In this document: positions 56,413-64,000 of the stretch, piece after piece
Numbering within the stretch: position 1 is the stretch's first letter
How the letters are laid out: every line of letters begins with the position of its first letter
Origin: a bacterium
GTDB taxonomy: Bacteria > Patescibacteriota > Doudnabacteria > UBA920 > 2-01-FULL-46-14
Assembly (NCBI GenBank): GCA_030700065.1
Contig: JAUYKH010000041.1
Location: 4,659-68,658 of the forward strand
Length of the DNA stretch: 64,000 bases
Direction: 5' to 3'
Notes under the pieces: model-generated
Seen by the model: only the letters and a program-made list of their open reading frames with translations
The model's database searches: none
Told to the model about the DNA's origin: nothing
Translations under genes and position numbers: made by a program

Positions 56413-57531
56413 ATGGGATATTTTGAAACAAAAAAAGCAGATTTAGAAAATTTGATCGCCACTATCAGTAAAGAGAAGGCTGCTTTTGAGCAGGTCTTAA
56501 AAAGCGAAGTTGTATCGCTTGAAGATAAGATTTCTTGGTTTGAAAAATTGAAAGAGGGTGTTCAACAAATGGCTAAGGAGCGACAAGTTGGTTTTCCGTG
56601 GCTAGCAGAGGCCTACAAGGAGTTGTTTAAAATGCGCGATGAGGTTCTGGTTAAATACCTTAAGAATAAAAAACATGCTGCTATCCAAGCCAGTGAAGTT
56701 GTGAGAGAACAAGGCCGTTTGCGGCGTGAGGCGGTTAAAGAGGCAAAGATCGCCCAATACCTGGTCCAATACTATGAATCAATGGCCCCGTTCCTTCTAG
56801 ACTTTAAAGAGGAAGTCGATGTACCGACAGAAGAGGATCGGAAGTTGTTAGAGGAATATTCAGTCGAAGAAAAGCAGGATGAAGTTATTAGCTTTCTTGC
56901 AAAAGAAGAGTACAGAAAATTGCCAAGTGTAGAAAGAAATCAAATGGCACTCGACCGTTTTTGGAAGCGCCCGAAATCAAAGTGGTTAATTGGGCGGCTA
57001 TACGAGAGGTATGTTGGGTATCTTTATGAAGAGCAGGGTTATAACGTCGACTATATAGGCATTTTTAGAGGTTTTGAAGATTTGGGACGCGATTTAATTT
57101 GTAAAAAAGGGAATGAATTTATTATTATCCAATGCAAAAATTGGGCGCAGTTCAGAACGATATATGAAAAGCACATCTTCCAGTTCTTTGGGACAGTTTT
57201 TCAATATAAAGATGAAAATCCTGATAGACTCGTTAAGTCAATATTCTACACTGCCACGTCGCTTTCTGACCTTGCACGAAGATTTGCGAAAGAACTCGGC
57301 ATCGGCTTAATGGAAAATTTCAAATTGGATCAGCAGTACCCTTGTATCAAATGTAATATCTCCAAGGTCGATGGTACAAAAATATACCATCTTCCTTTTG
57401 ATCAGCAATATGATAAGACCAAGATTGAAGTTAAACGGGGAGAGTTTTATTGCAAAACCGCAAAAGAAGCCGAAGATAAAGGATTCAGGAGGGCGTTCCG
57501 ATATAAAGGTCTATCCAAGTCGAAAACGTAA
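56413..57531 (+). CDS. Restriction-endonuclease-fold (Mrr_cat, PD-(D/E)xK) nuclease-domain protein with N-terminal coiled-coil region
   Basis: YLYEEQGYNVDYIGIFRGFEDLGRDLICKKGNEFIIIQCKNWAQ is the Mrr_cat-type D..(E/Q)CK core. The N-terminal 200 aa are charged and helical. Confidence 0.55.
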   Translation: MGYFETKKADLENLIATISKEKAAFEQVLKSEVVSLEDKISWFEKLKEGVQQMAKERQVGFPWLAEAYKELFKMRDEVLVKYLKNKKHAAIQASEVVREQGRLRREAVKEAKIAQYLVQYYESMAPFLLDFKEEVDVPTEEDRKLLEEYSVEEKQDEVISFLAKEEYRKLPSVERNQMALDRFWKRPKSKWLIGRLYERYVGYLYEEQGYNVDYIGIFRGFEDLGRDLICKKGNEFIIIQCKNWAQFRTIYEKHIFQFFGTVFQYKDENPDRLVKSIFYTATSLSDLARRFAKELGIGLMENFKLDQQYPCIKCNISKVDGTKIYHLPFDQQYDKTKIEVKRGEFYCKTAKEAEDKGFRRAFRYKGLSKSKT

Positions 57532-57778
57532 GTAGCGTGAGTGAAAAGGGTGCCATAGTTCTTCTGGGGAGTCAAAATTGAGACACTAAAACACACCCTT
57601 AAGGACTGTCTCATTTGTCTCGCCCCAGTAGTAGAACAAGTTCACTACGGGGTAAATTTCTGCTAAAATGAGATGGACTGAAGTGCGTTAAAAAGTGCCG
57701 CCAAAGACTCCCAGAAAAGCCCTCAACCGTCTCACTCCGGCCGGTTCTAAACGGAGTTGGCACCCCACACCCAAGCCA

Positions 57779-58156
57779 ATGACAATGATCGATTCTGAAC
57801 AAATAATAAGTGAATATGGCATAGTTATGGAATTGACCTCAGGCTATTCGGCGACTTCAGAGAGGTTTCTGCCACACCCCAAAGACCAAATTAAGGCCGC
57901 CATTTTATCTGCACTTAATAGAGAAAAAGATGTAAAACAGCTTGATGCTTTAATCTCTGGATACGTCCGACTCGCAGCTTTTTTGTCTGATGAAGATGCG
58001 ATAGTCGTGAGAAGATTTGAGGATTTTGTACGTGATAAGGCAGATAATCAATCAAAATATCCAGGGGACGCTACTTTACAAGCTAAGTACTCTCAAATCC
58101 AAAATAATATCGCTAAAGAAATGGAAAAACTAAGCAAGGAAATCGGCATTTCTTAG
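57779..58156 (+). CDS. Hypothetical protein
   Basis: ATG 57779 (MTMIDSEQ..). The ORF track begins at an in-frame GTG at 57695 with a Pro/Lys-rich extension. No recognisable domain. Confidence 0.35.
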   Translation: MTMIDSEQIISEYGIVMELTSGYSATSERFLPHPKDQIKAAILSALNREKDVKQLDALISGYVRLAAFLSDEDAIVVRRFEDFVRDKADNQSKYPGDATLQAKYSQIQNNIAKEMEKLSKEIGIS

Positions 58157-58174
58157 GATGGGAGATATTTCATT

Positions 58175-58345
58175 ATGAGTTATTATTTTATTTGTACATG
58201 TAAAGAAACTTCACATCACCATAAAGGTAAGTGTAAGGACCTCGCTGATACTAATCGAGGCAAATGCCAGACGTGCAAAGATTTTGAACGAGGGTCAAAC
58301 CGAAATGCGAAAATGCATAATCCGATTTCTATTCCAAATAATTAA
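58175..58345 (+). CDS. Candidate small Cys-rich protein (56 aa), below the ORF-track cutoff
   Basis: GGAG 8 nt upstream of the ATG. MSYYFICTCKETSHHHKGKCKD..GKCQTCKDFERG has 6 Cys. Confidence 0.25.
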   Translation: MSYYFICTCKETSHHHKGKCKDLADTNRGKCQTCKDFERGSNRNAKMHNPISIPNN

Positions 58346-58568
58346 TACCATGGTTCAAGAATGCAGTTCTAATACTCCACACTATGCGACCCAGTTAAAT
58401 TTAATTACTTGACCATATGCGTATCAAGAGCAGAAGCGAAGTGAGTATCATTCACTTGCCCAGCAAAGAACATTAGCCCGTCTCGTTTCGGCTTCGCCGA
58501 GGTGGACGAAAGCTGGTAATTCGCTAGAATTGCGTAAATACGCCACCCGGCTGGCGTATTTAGCTCTC

Positions 58569-58590
58569 GGAACAATTCCATGGAATTGTT
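58569..58590. repeat. Perfect 22-bp palindrome GAACAATTCCATGGAATTGTTC (copy 1 of a repeated palindromic element)
   Basis: Self-complementary, and its core AACAATTCCATGGAATTGTT recurs at 59992-60019. Confidence 0.6.
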
Positions 58591-58614
58591 CAATGACTCA
58601 ATATGTGAGCCGTT

Positions 58615-58667
58615 GGGAAATCGCCTAAGGGTCGGAGATCGCGAGCGTAGTCGAGTGGGCGGTTTTT
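58615..58667 (+). repeat. Expanded-loop terminator-like repeat (AAATCGCC..TAGTCGAGTGGGCGGTTTTTT), copy A
   Basis: AAATCGCC..GGCGGTTTTTT outer stem enclosing ~35 nt (..GGTCGGAG..TAGTCGAGT). A near-identical copy lies at 60718-60770. Confidence 0.5.
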
Positions 58668-58682
58668 TGGTATACTTTTTGT

Positions 58683-59414
58683 ATGAAATCACATGATGCT
58701 TTTGGTAAATACCTTCTTTACCAATACAAAAATTTGCCAAATAAGATAAATGAAATCGTTGAAAGAGACGACGGTTTTATCGAGGGCAGTTCTTATTCAG
58801 ACAGGTACTTTGAAGATTATCCAAAGTGGTCAGAAAAAGAAAAAAAAGCTATTGCGCTGGCACGAGGTAGGGTTTTAGACATAGGGTGCGGCGCGGGCAG
58901 ACATTCGCTATATCTGCAACGAAAAGGTTTTGATGTAACAGGGATTGATAATTCTCCTGGGGCCATCAAAGTTTGTAAATTAAGAGGGCTGAAAAAAACA
59001 AGGCTGCTATCTGTTGAACAGATAGGTAATTTCAAGCCCGACTCGTTTGATACCATCATGATGATGGGTAATAATTTTGGGTTATTTGGTAGCTCGCGGA
59101 AGGCCAAAACTCTTCTGGGAAAGTTATCCAAAATAACTTCTCGCCATGCGAAAATTATTGCCGAAAATAGAAATCCTTACAGGACCAATAGAAAAGTTCA
59201 TCTTTCGTACCATGAATTCAATAGAAAGAGAGGGCGTCTGGCCGGGCAACTAAAATTAAGAGTAATATTTAATAAGATAATCGGCGATTGGTTTGATTAT
59301 TTGTTTGTTTCCCCTCAAGAAATGAGAAAGATACTGAATGGTACTGGATGGAAAATTAAAAGGATAATTTCTGAAAAAAGTCCTGATTACATTGTGGTGA
59401 TTGAAAAGTTATAG
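58683..59414 (+). CDS. Class I SAM-dependent methyltransferase
   Basis: VLDIGCGAGRHSLYLQRKGFDVTGIDNS motif I. Confidence 0.6.
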   Translation: MKSHDAFGKYLLYQYKNLPNKINEIVERDDGFIEGSSYSDRYFEDYPKWSEKEKKAIALARGRVLDIGCGAGRHSLYLQRKGFDVTGIDNSPGAIKVCKLRGLKKTRLLSVEQIGNFKPDSFDTIMMMGNNFGLFGSSRKAKTLLGKLSKITSRHAKIIAENRNPYRTNRKVHLSYHEFNRKRGRLAGQLKLRVIFNKIIGDWFDYLFVSPQEMRKILNGTGWKIKRIISEKSPDYIVVIEKL

Positions 59415-59492
59415 ATGGTTCTAGTTTCAACATCCTGCACCACCTGTCCTCCGAAGTTTTTAACGTAGTATGGCCGCGCCCCCAAGAAAATT

Positions 59493-59855
59493 ATGACAAA
59501 ACGAATTGACAAAAGGTTTGCGTATCAAAAAATGGGGTTTCACGAAAGTATTGTGCCGCAAGTTTTTGATGGGAAAATAAGTACTTGGAGATTAAGAGAC
59601 CACAAATTAAGAAAAGGCGATGTTGTGGCTTTTGAAAACAGTCAAACGGGAGAAATCTTCGGCTTCGGAAAGATAACCAAAGTCGTCAAAATAACCGTCG
59701 GACAGATAGACTTAAAGGACGAAACTCACTATAAAACATATAAAAATAGACAAGAACTCATAGGAGCATTCAAGCGTCATAATCCTACTTATAAAGTTAA
59801 CAATCATACACCAGTTTTTGCCTATACATACAAGTTCATAAAAATAAAACTATGA
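59493..59855 (+). CDS. ASCH (PUA-like) domain protein
   Basis: ..WRLRDHKLRKGDVVAFENSQTGEIFGFGKIT.. resembles the ASCH beta-barrel pattern. Confidence 0.45.
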   Translation: MTKRIDKRFAYQKMGFHESIVPQVFDGKISTWRLRDHKLRKGDVVAFENSQTGEIFGFGKITKVVKITVGQIDLKDETHYKTYKNRQELIGAFKRHNPTYKVNNHTPVFAYTYKFIKIKL

Positions 59856-59879
59856 ACGAAACCCAAAAACTCAATGGTT

Positions 59880-60050
59880 ATCCAGCGAAGATGTTAGGGC
59901 AGAAGTTGAAATAAAGTAAGTTCTAATCCTGTTCCCGCCAGAGGCGGGCAGGCACGAATCCGCCCCGGGCAAACGGCTCAGCCGTTGAGCCGTTCAACAA
60001 TTCCATGGAATTGTTGAACCAGCCCTACCGAGGACGGACCTCGTTTTTTG
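59880..60050 (+). ncRNA. Candidate structured non-coding element ending in an intrinsic terminator
   Basis: About 170 nt with no ORF. Stable hairpins CCCGCC-AGAG-GCGGG, AACGGCTCAGCCGTT and tandem AGCCGTT are present. It also holds the 28-bp perfect palindrome GTTCAACAATTCCATGGAATTGTTGAAC (59992-60019) and terminator CGAGG-ACGGA-CCTCG+T6 (60029-60050). Confidence 0.3.
59992..60019. repeat. Perfect 28-bp palindrome GTTCAACAATTCCATGGAATTGTTGAAC (copy 2)
   Basis: Shares a 20-bp core with 58569-58590. Confidence 0.6.
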
Positions 60051-60137
60051 TTTGTGGAAAACTGTCTCAAGGCTCGGTGGTATCGTTAGTCAAAACGACT
60101 TTGACAAAACAATCGGATAGATTAAGATAGACTCATT

Positions 60138-60314
60138 ATGCATATTCTAAAATGCGACAACTGTAGAAAAGAGATTAAAAATCGGGAACAGAGGGTTGTG
60201 GCTGGTTTGGGATGGAACGAAAAGGAATTATGTTTGGACTGCGGTCGGCCAGTCAAAAATTTTTTACTGAAGAAAAAATTGATCAGCGCAGAGGAGTTTG
60301 CCAAGCTCAAATAG
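60138..60314 (+). CDS. Candidate small zinc-ribbon protein (58 aa), below the ORF-track cutoff
   Basis: MHILKCDNCRKEI..LCLDCGRPVK has a CxxC..CxxC pair. More plausible than the overlapping antisense 60122-60361 ORF. Confidence 0.25.
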   Translation: MHILKCDNCRKEIKNREQRVVAGLGWNEKELCLDCGRPVKNFLLKKKLISAEEFAKLK

Positions 60315-60407
60315 CCTTGATCAAAACAGTAGCCGCGCGCATTCATTGACCCGGGGTGCACAACCCCGAAATTGACAAAATATTCAGAAGAAATTAGAGT
60401 AAAAGAT

Positions 60408-60677
60408 ATGAGTGATAATCATTTGAAACAATCTGTAACGAAGGAGTATTTAGGCGAATTCACGGAAAAGGTGCTTTTGCCTGCAATTGCGGAATTATTA
60501 AAGCCGTTGCAGGATGATATAGAGGCTTTGTCTGCCAAAGTCACGACCCATCTAGAGCTCTCCGACAAGCGCTATCTGCAACTAAAAAACAGGGAAAAAC
60601 TTTTAGCCAAATGGATCAAGCAGATTGCGGACAAAACCGGAGTCAGCATTGATCTTGCGGAACTTGAAAAATTTTAG
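60408..60677 (+). CDS. Hypothetical protein (89 aa)
   Basis: ATG 60408 is preceded by TTGACA-N17-TAGAGT. The ORF track starts at an in-frame TTG at 60372. Confidence 0.35.
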   Translation: MSDNHLKQSVTKEYLGEFTEKVLLPAIAELLKPLQDDIEALSAKVTTHLELSDKRYLQLKNREKLLAKWIKQIADKTGVSIDLAELEKF

Positions 60678-60717
60678 AGCGAGTCCATTTGAGGTTTGAA
60701 AACCGTAGGGAACTATT

Positions 60718-60770
60718 AAATCGCCCAAAAGGTCGTAGGCCCCGAGGATTAGTCGAGTGGGCGGTTTTTG
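60718..60770 (+). repeat. Expanded-loop terminator-like repeat, copy B
   Basis: AAATCGCCC AAAAGGTCGTAGGCCCCGAGGATTAGTCGAGT GGGCGGTTTTT is collinear with copy A. Confidence 0.5.
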
Positions 60771-60892
60771 TTCTTTCTTTTTTTATGCTAAACTATATCT
60801 AGGGGGCAGTCCCGACTCGCCCCAAAAAATATTAGAGTTGAGAAATAGTCGAGCTTAACCTTTATTTTAGCTAGTTTTACTTTTTAATAAAC

Positions 60893-61096
60893 ATGTCTAT
60901 GAATGGTGTAGTCAAGAAAAAGACTGACAAGGGTTTTGGATTCATAACCGTTGAAGGTCAGGAAAAGGATTTGTTTTTCCACAGCAAATCCCTCGTCGAC
61001 ATCACATTCGACGAGCTCAACGAGGGCGACAATGTCACCTTTGATGTTGAGGAATCGCCAAAAGGACCAAACGCGGTCAACGTAAAGCGCGTTTAA
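60893..61096 (+). CDS. cspA: Cold-shock protein (CspA family)
   Basis: GVVKKKTDKGFGFITVEGQEKDLFFHSKSL gives the RNP1 KGFGFI and RNP2 motifs. 67 aa. Confidence 0.85.
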   Translation: MSMNGVVKKKTDKGFGFITVEGQEKDLFFHSKSLVDITFDELNEGDNVTFDVEESPKGPNAVNVKRV

Positions 61097-61105
61097 GACC
61101 CTTTT

Positions 61106-61136
61106 CCAAAAAATCGCCCAAAGGGCGATTTTTTGT
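61106..61136 (+). terminator. Rho-independent terminator (simple member of the AAATCGCC..GGCGATTTTT family)
   Basis: AAAAAATCGCCC-AAA-GGGCGATTTTTTG. Confidence 0.55.
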
Positions 61137-61148
61137 TATAATTCGGCT

Positions 61149-62432
61149 ATGAGAATCTCAACTGAACCGCAAAACAGTTTCAACAACTTGGGGATAGCCC
61201 CCAAGCTTTTGGAAATCCTGACAAATTTGAAATTTATTCACCCCACGCCGATCCAGCAGCGTTCAATTCCCATTGCCATCGAAGGAAAGGACCTCATGGG
61301 GATCGCCCAGACGGGGACTGGGAAAACTTTGGCGTTTGGCGTACCTATGATTCAAAGGCTCGCTCAAAGCGGCGGGAAGATGAGAGGGCTGATAATCCTG
61401 CCGACCAGGGAGTTGGCTTTGCAGGTGGATGAAACGCTTCGAAAAGTTGGTGTTACCTTGGGCCTGAAGACCGCTGTTCTGATCGGCGGGCAGGCAATGG
61501 GGCAACAGCTCAAGGCGCTGCGGCAAAAACCGCATATCCTCGTTGCCACTCCTGGCCGGCTCATCGATCATCTGGAAAGCAGAACGGTTGATTTGTCGAA
61601 CGTGGGCATTCTGGTTTTGGACGAAGCGGACCGCATGCTGGATATGGGGTTTGCGCCCCAGATTAGAAAAATTCTCCAGCGGCTTCCGGCACACCGGCAA
61701 ACCATGCTCTTCTCCGCGACCATGCCGGACGAGATTGTAAAAATAGCGAAATCGTATATGAATTTTCCATTAAGCGTAGAGGTCGCCCCATCCGGTACGG
61801 CAGTTCATACTGTAACCCAAGAAGTTTTTTTTGTTGACCGCGAAGCCAAACCCCAAATGTTGCAATCGGTACTCGAAGATTATAAAGGGAGCGTTCTGAT
61901 TTTTTGCCGCACCAAATATGGTGCTAAAAAAATAACCCAAACCGTGCGAAACACCGGACACACGGCCGCCGAAATCCACTCCAACCGTTCATTGAATCAA
62001 AGACTGCAGGCGTTGGATGGATTCAAAATCGGCAAATATAGAGTCCTGGTGGCTACGGACATAGCCGCGCGGGGAATTGACGTCAGCGGCATCGAATTGG
62101 TGATCAACTATGATCTGCCGGCCACGGCCGAGGATTACGTCCACCGCATCGGCCGCACCGGCCGGGCGGGCCTTTCCGGACATGCCATTTCATTCGCGAT
62201 GCCTGATCAAAGGCGCGAGGTCAAAAATATCGAACGGCTGATCCGTAAAACCCTGCCTGTTTCAGTGGCTTCGACCAAGCCCGGTTACGCGCCCGCGCGC
62301 CGGCCGCAGTTTCAGCAACGGCGCCCAAAACCTTTTCACGGCCAATCCCGGCCGCCCCGCGGACGGGACAGGTCAAATTTCAAAAGCGACCGTGGTTATT
62401 TTATGTCCCGTCGCCACCGAACCAATCGCTAA
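61149..62432 (+). CDS. DEAD-box ATP-dependent RNA helicase
   Basis: Q-motif, AQTGTGKT, VLDEADRML, SAT, HRIGRTGRAG, and an Arg-rich C-terminal tail. Confidence 0.85.
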   Translation: MRISTEPQNSFNNLGIAPKLLEILTNLKFIHPTPIQQRSIPIAIEGKDLMGIAQTGTGKTLAFGVPMIQRLAQSGGKMRGLIILPTRELALQVDETLRKVGVTLGLKTAVLIGGQAMGQQLKALRQKPHILVATPGRLIDHLESRTVDLSNVGILVLDEADRMLDMGFAPQIRKILQRLPAHRQTMLFSATMPDEIVKIAKSYMNFPLSVEVAPSGTAVHTVTQEVFFVDREAKPQMLQSVLEDYKGSVLIFCRTKYGAKKITQTVRNTGHTAAEIHSNRSLNQRLQALDGFKIGKYRVLVATDIAARGIDVSGIELVINYDLPATAEDYVHRIGRTGRAGLSGHAISFAMPDQRREVKNIERLIRKTLPVSVASTKPGYAPARRPQFQQRRPKPFHGQSRPPRGRDRSNFKSDRGYFMSRRHRTNR

Positions 62433-62441
62433 AGTTCCTGC

Positions 62442-62855
62442 TTGCCCCATAGCCATATGAACGGATACATAGACAACATCGAAAAAATTACCTTGGAGAA
62501 CGAAAATTTCCGCAAAGTACTCTATACTGCCAAGCACAGTCAATTAGTTGTCATGAGCCTCAAGCCAGGCGAGGAGATAGGGGAGGAGATACACGATCTC
62601 GATCAATTTTTGCGCATTGAATCTGGAAATGGAAGAGCCGTGCTTGACGGGAAAGAAACTCCGATCAGCGACGGGACGGCGATTATCGTGCCCGCGGGAA
62701 CAAGGCACAATATAATAAACACGTCATCAAGCGACCGGTTGAAACTTTATACTATTTACAGTCCGCCGAACCATCGGGACGGCACTGTTCATGTTATAAA
62801 AGCGGATGCCGAAGCAGATGACGAACATTTTGACGGGCACACAACCGAATCCTAG
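62442..62855 (+). CDS. Cupin-domain protein
   Basis: Two-motif cupin pattern (GEEIGEEIHDLDQF .. GTAIIVPAGTRHNI). Confidence 0.55.
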   Translation: MPHSHMNGYIDNIEKITLENENFRKVLYTAKHSQLVVMSLKPGEEIGEEIHDLDQFLRIESGNGRAVLDGKETPISDGTAIIVPAGTRHNIINTSSSDRLKLYTIYSPPNHRDGTVHVIKADAEADDEHFDGHTTES

Positions 62856-62974
62856 TTATAAGTTCCCGCACCCTCAAAAAGAAAACGTCCGGGCATGAAA
62901 AAGCATTTTTTGCTATAATAACATCGCAAAACATGGCAGGGCCGGCCACGAGGCCTACAATTAATTTTAAATTT

Positions 62975-63748
62975 ATGAAACAAAAAACGATTGCCGAACT
63001 ATTTGACCTAAGCGGCAAAACCGCGGTCGTAACCGGAGGAGCGATGGGCATCGGCTACGGCATAGTGAAACGTCTGGCCGAGGCGGGTGCCAACATCGTC
63101 ATCGCGGATATGGCGGAGGCGGAGGGGATGCGTAGGGCGAAGGAGTTGAAGAGCGCAATTTTCGTCAAAACCGATGTGAGTTCTGAAAGCGACGTCAAAA
63201 GGCTGATTTCCGAAACCACTACAAAATTCGGCGGCTTGGATATTTTCGTGAATAACGCCGGGATTTATCCGCCAAAACCGGTTTTGGAGATGGGCCTTGA
63301 TCTCTGGGAAAAAATTCAGGCCGTGAATCTGCGCGGCGTTTTTCTCTGCAGCCGGGAAGCCGCCAAGATAATGATAGAAGGGGGCGGGGGCAGTATTATC
63401 AATATCGGTTCGATAGATTCTCTGCATCCCAGCATGGTTGGTCTGGCCGCTTACGACGCGTCCAAACACGGGGTCTGGGGGTTTACCAAGAACTTCGCTT
63501 TGGAATTGGCGAAAAATCGGATACGGGTCAATGCGATCGCTCCGGGCGGAATTTCGACGGAGGGGGTAGCCGACATGATGAAAGGCGCCGCGAAGGAGAC
63601 GCTCAAGGAGTTTGAAGCCAAAGTTCCCCTGGGCCGATTCGGCCAGCCGGATGATATTGCGACCGTGGCGCTGTTTTTGGCCAGTGGCGCGTCCGCTTAT
63701 ATGACCGGTTCGATGGTCGTGGTCGACGGCGGCGTTCTTCTTCGGTGA
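62975..63748 (+). CDS. SDR-family oxidoreductase (3-oxoacyl-ACP-reductase-like)
   Basis: GKTAVVTGGAMGIGYG, NNAGI, YDASKHGV. ATG 62975 is preferred over the in-frame 62933. Confidence 0.75.
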   Translation: MKQKTIAELFDLSGKTAVVTGGAMGIGYGIVKRLAEAGANIVIADMAEAEGMRRAKELKSAIFVKTDVSSESDVKRLISETTTKFGGLDIFVNNAGIYPPKPVLEMGLDLWEKIQAVNLRGVFLCSREAAKIMIEGGGGSIINIGSIDSLHPSMVGLAAYDASKHGVWGFTKNFALELAKNRIRVNAIAPGGISTEGVADMMKGAAKETLKEFEAKVPLGRFGQPDDIATVALFLASGASAYMTGSMVVVDGGVLLR

Positions 63749-63774
63749 TTTGACGGATTATTAAGCGAATAACT

Positions 63775-63960
63775 ATGAAAACTTATAAATTTTCGTGGGG
63801 CGTGGTCTTGCTCATCGGGATCGCGCTGTGGGTTTTCGAAAGCCTGGCCAAGCTGCTCGGGCTCGTGCTTGTCGTCTTGAGCATCATCTCTCTGTTTCAA
63901 AACAGAGACAAAGTCCACGTGAGCGTGGACGCGAATAAAAAAGACGAGTCAAGCTTTTGA
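63775..63960 (+). CDS. Small 2-TM membrane protein
   Basis: 61 aa with two hydrophobic helices. Followed by a GC hairpin (GGCCGC..GGGCGG) at the window edge. Confidence 0.35.
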   Translation: MKTYKFSWGVVLLIGIALWVFESLAKLLGLVLVVLSIISLFQNRDKVHVSVDANKKDESSF

Positions 63961-64000
63961 TTATTTAATTTGCAAAAAGGCCGCTTTCTGAAGGGCGGTT

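Noticed and set aside
58405-58740. Minus-strand ORF of 111 aa
   Set aside because: It overlaps the start of the methyltransferase gene and spans the palindrome/terminator-like repeats. No domain is present, so it is likely non-coding.
60122-60361. Minus-strand ORF of 79 aa
   Set aside because: A plus-strand 58-aa zinc-ribbon ORF (60138-60314) in the same place is more plausible, and the antisense translation is low-complexity.
1-64000. Looked for CRISPR arrays, rRNA genes, transposase/integrase genes and IS inverted repeats
   Set aside because: No regularly spaced direct repeats, no rRNA-like conserved blocks, and no DDE or tyrosine-recombinase signatures were found in any frame. The only recombination-associated gene is the small excisionase-type HTH.

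Overview
The window reads as a gene-dense bacterial chromosome segment, possibly from a small-genome (candidate phyla radiation / Patescibacteria-like) organism. That placement is inferred only from gene content and organisation: nearly all genes sit on one strand, stop and start codons often overlap, and there are several TTG/GTG/ATT starts. Positions 190-36696 form one co-directional surface-glycan locus of about 36 kb with three separate NeuB-type nonulosonic-acid synthases. Two of them pair with NeuA-type CMP-sugar cytidylyltransferases, one of these also with NeuC. The first module uses a SpsF-type cytidylyltransferase, PLP aminotransferases, an ATP-grasp and a HAD enzyme instead. Tailoring enzymes are interleaved: at least five class-I SAM methyltransferases, a NodU/CmcH-type carbamoyltransferase, a CE4 deacetylase, GT2 and KpsS-like transferases, two SDRs and an aldo-keto reductase. 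A complete PAPS sulfation module is present: a tri-domain pyruvate-kinase / ATP-sulfurylase / APS-kinase fusion, a CysQ-like PAP phosphatase and a sulfotransferase. A strong promoter then precedes two repeat-rich putative surface proteins. Next come a Wzy_C/O-antigen-ligase-family membrane protein with a C-terminal TPR array, a divergently transcribed initiating phosphoglycosyltransferase, and a type IV pilus block (PilB, PilC, two prepilin-like proteins, PilX-like). The remainder holds an 842-aa PP-loop+MurD fusion, tRNA-Arg(TCG) followed by an excisionase-type HTH gene, holA, two transport genes, and an AT-rich accessory patch around tRNA-His(GTG). That patch has a 5' tRNA-His fragment carrying a 47-nt hairpin insert, a GIY-YIG gene, an Mrr-like nuclease with a Zn-ribbon partner, small Cys-rich ORFs, and families of repeated palindromic and terminator-like intergenic elements. 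The window ends with cspA, a DEAD-box helicase, a cupin and an SDR. No CRISPR array, rRNA or transposase was found. All domain calls rest on motif recognition in the supplied translations, not on database searches.
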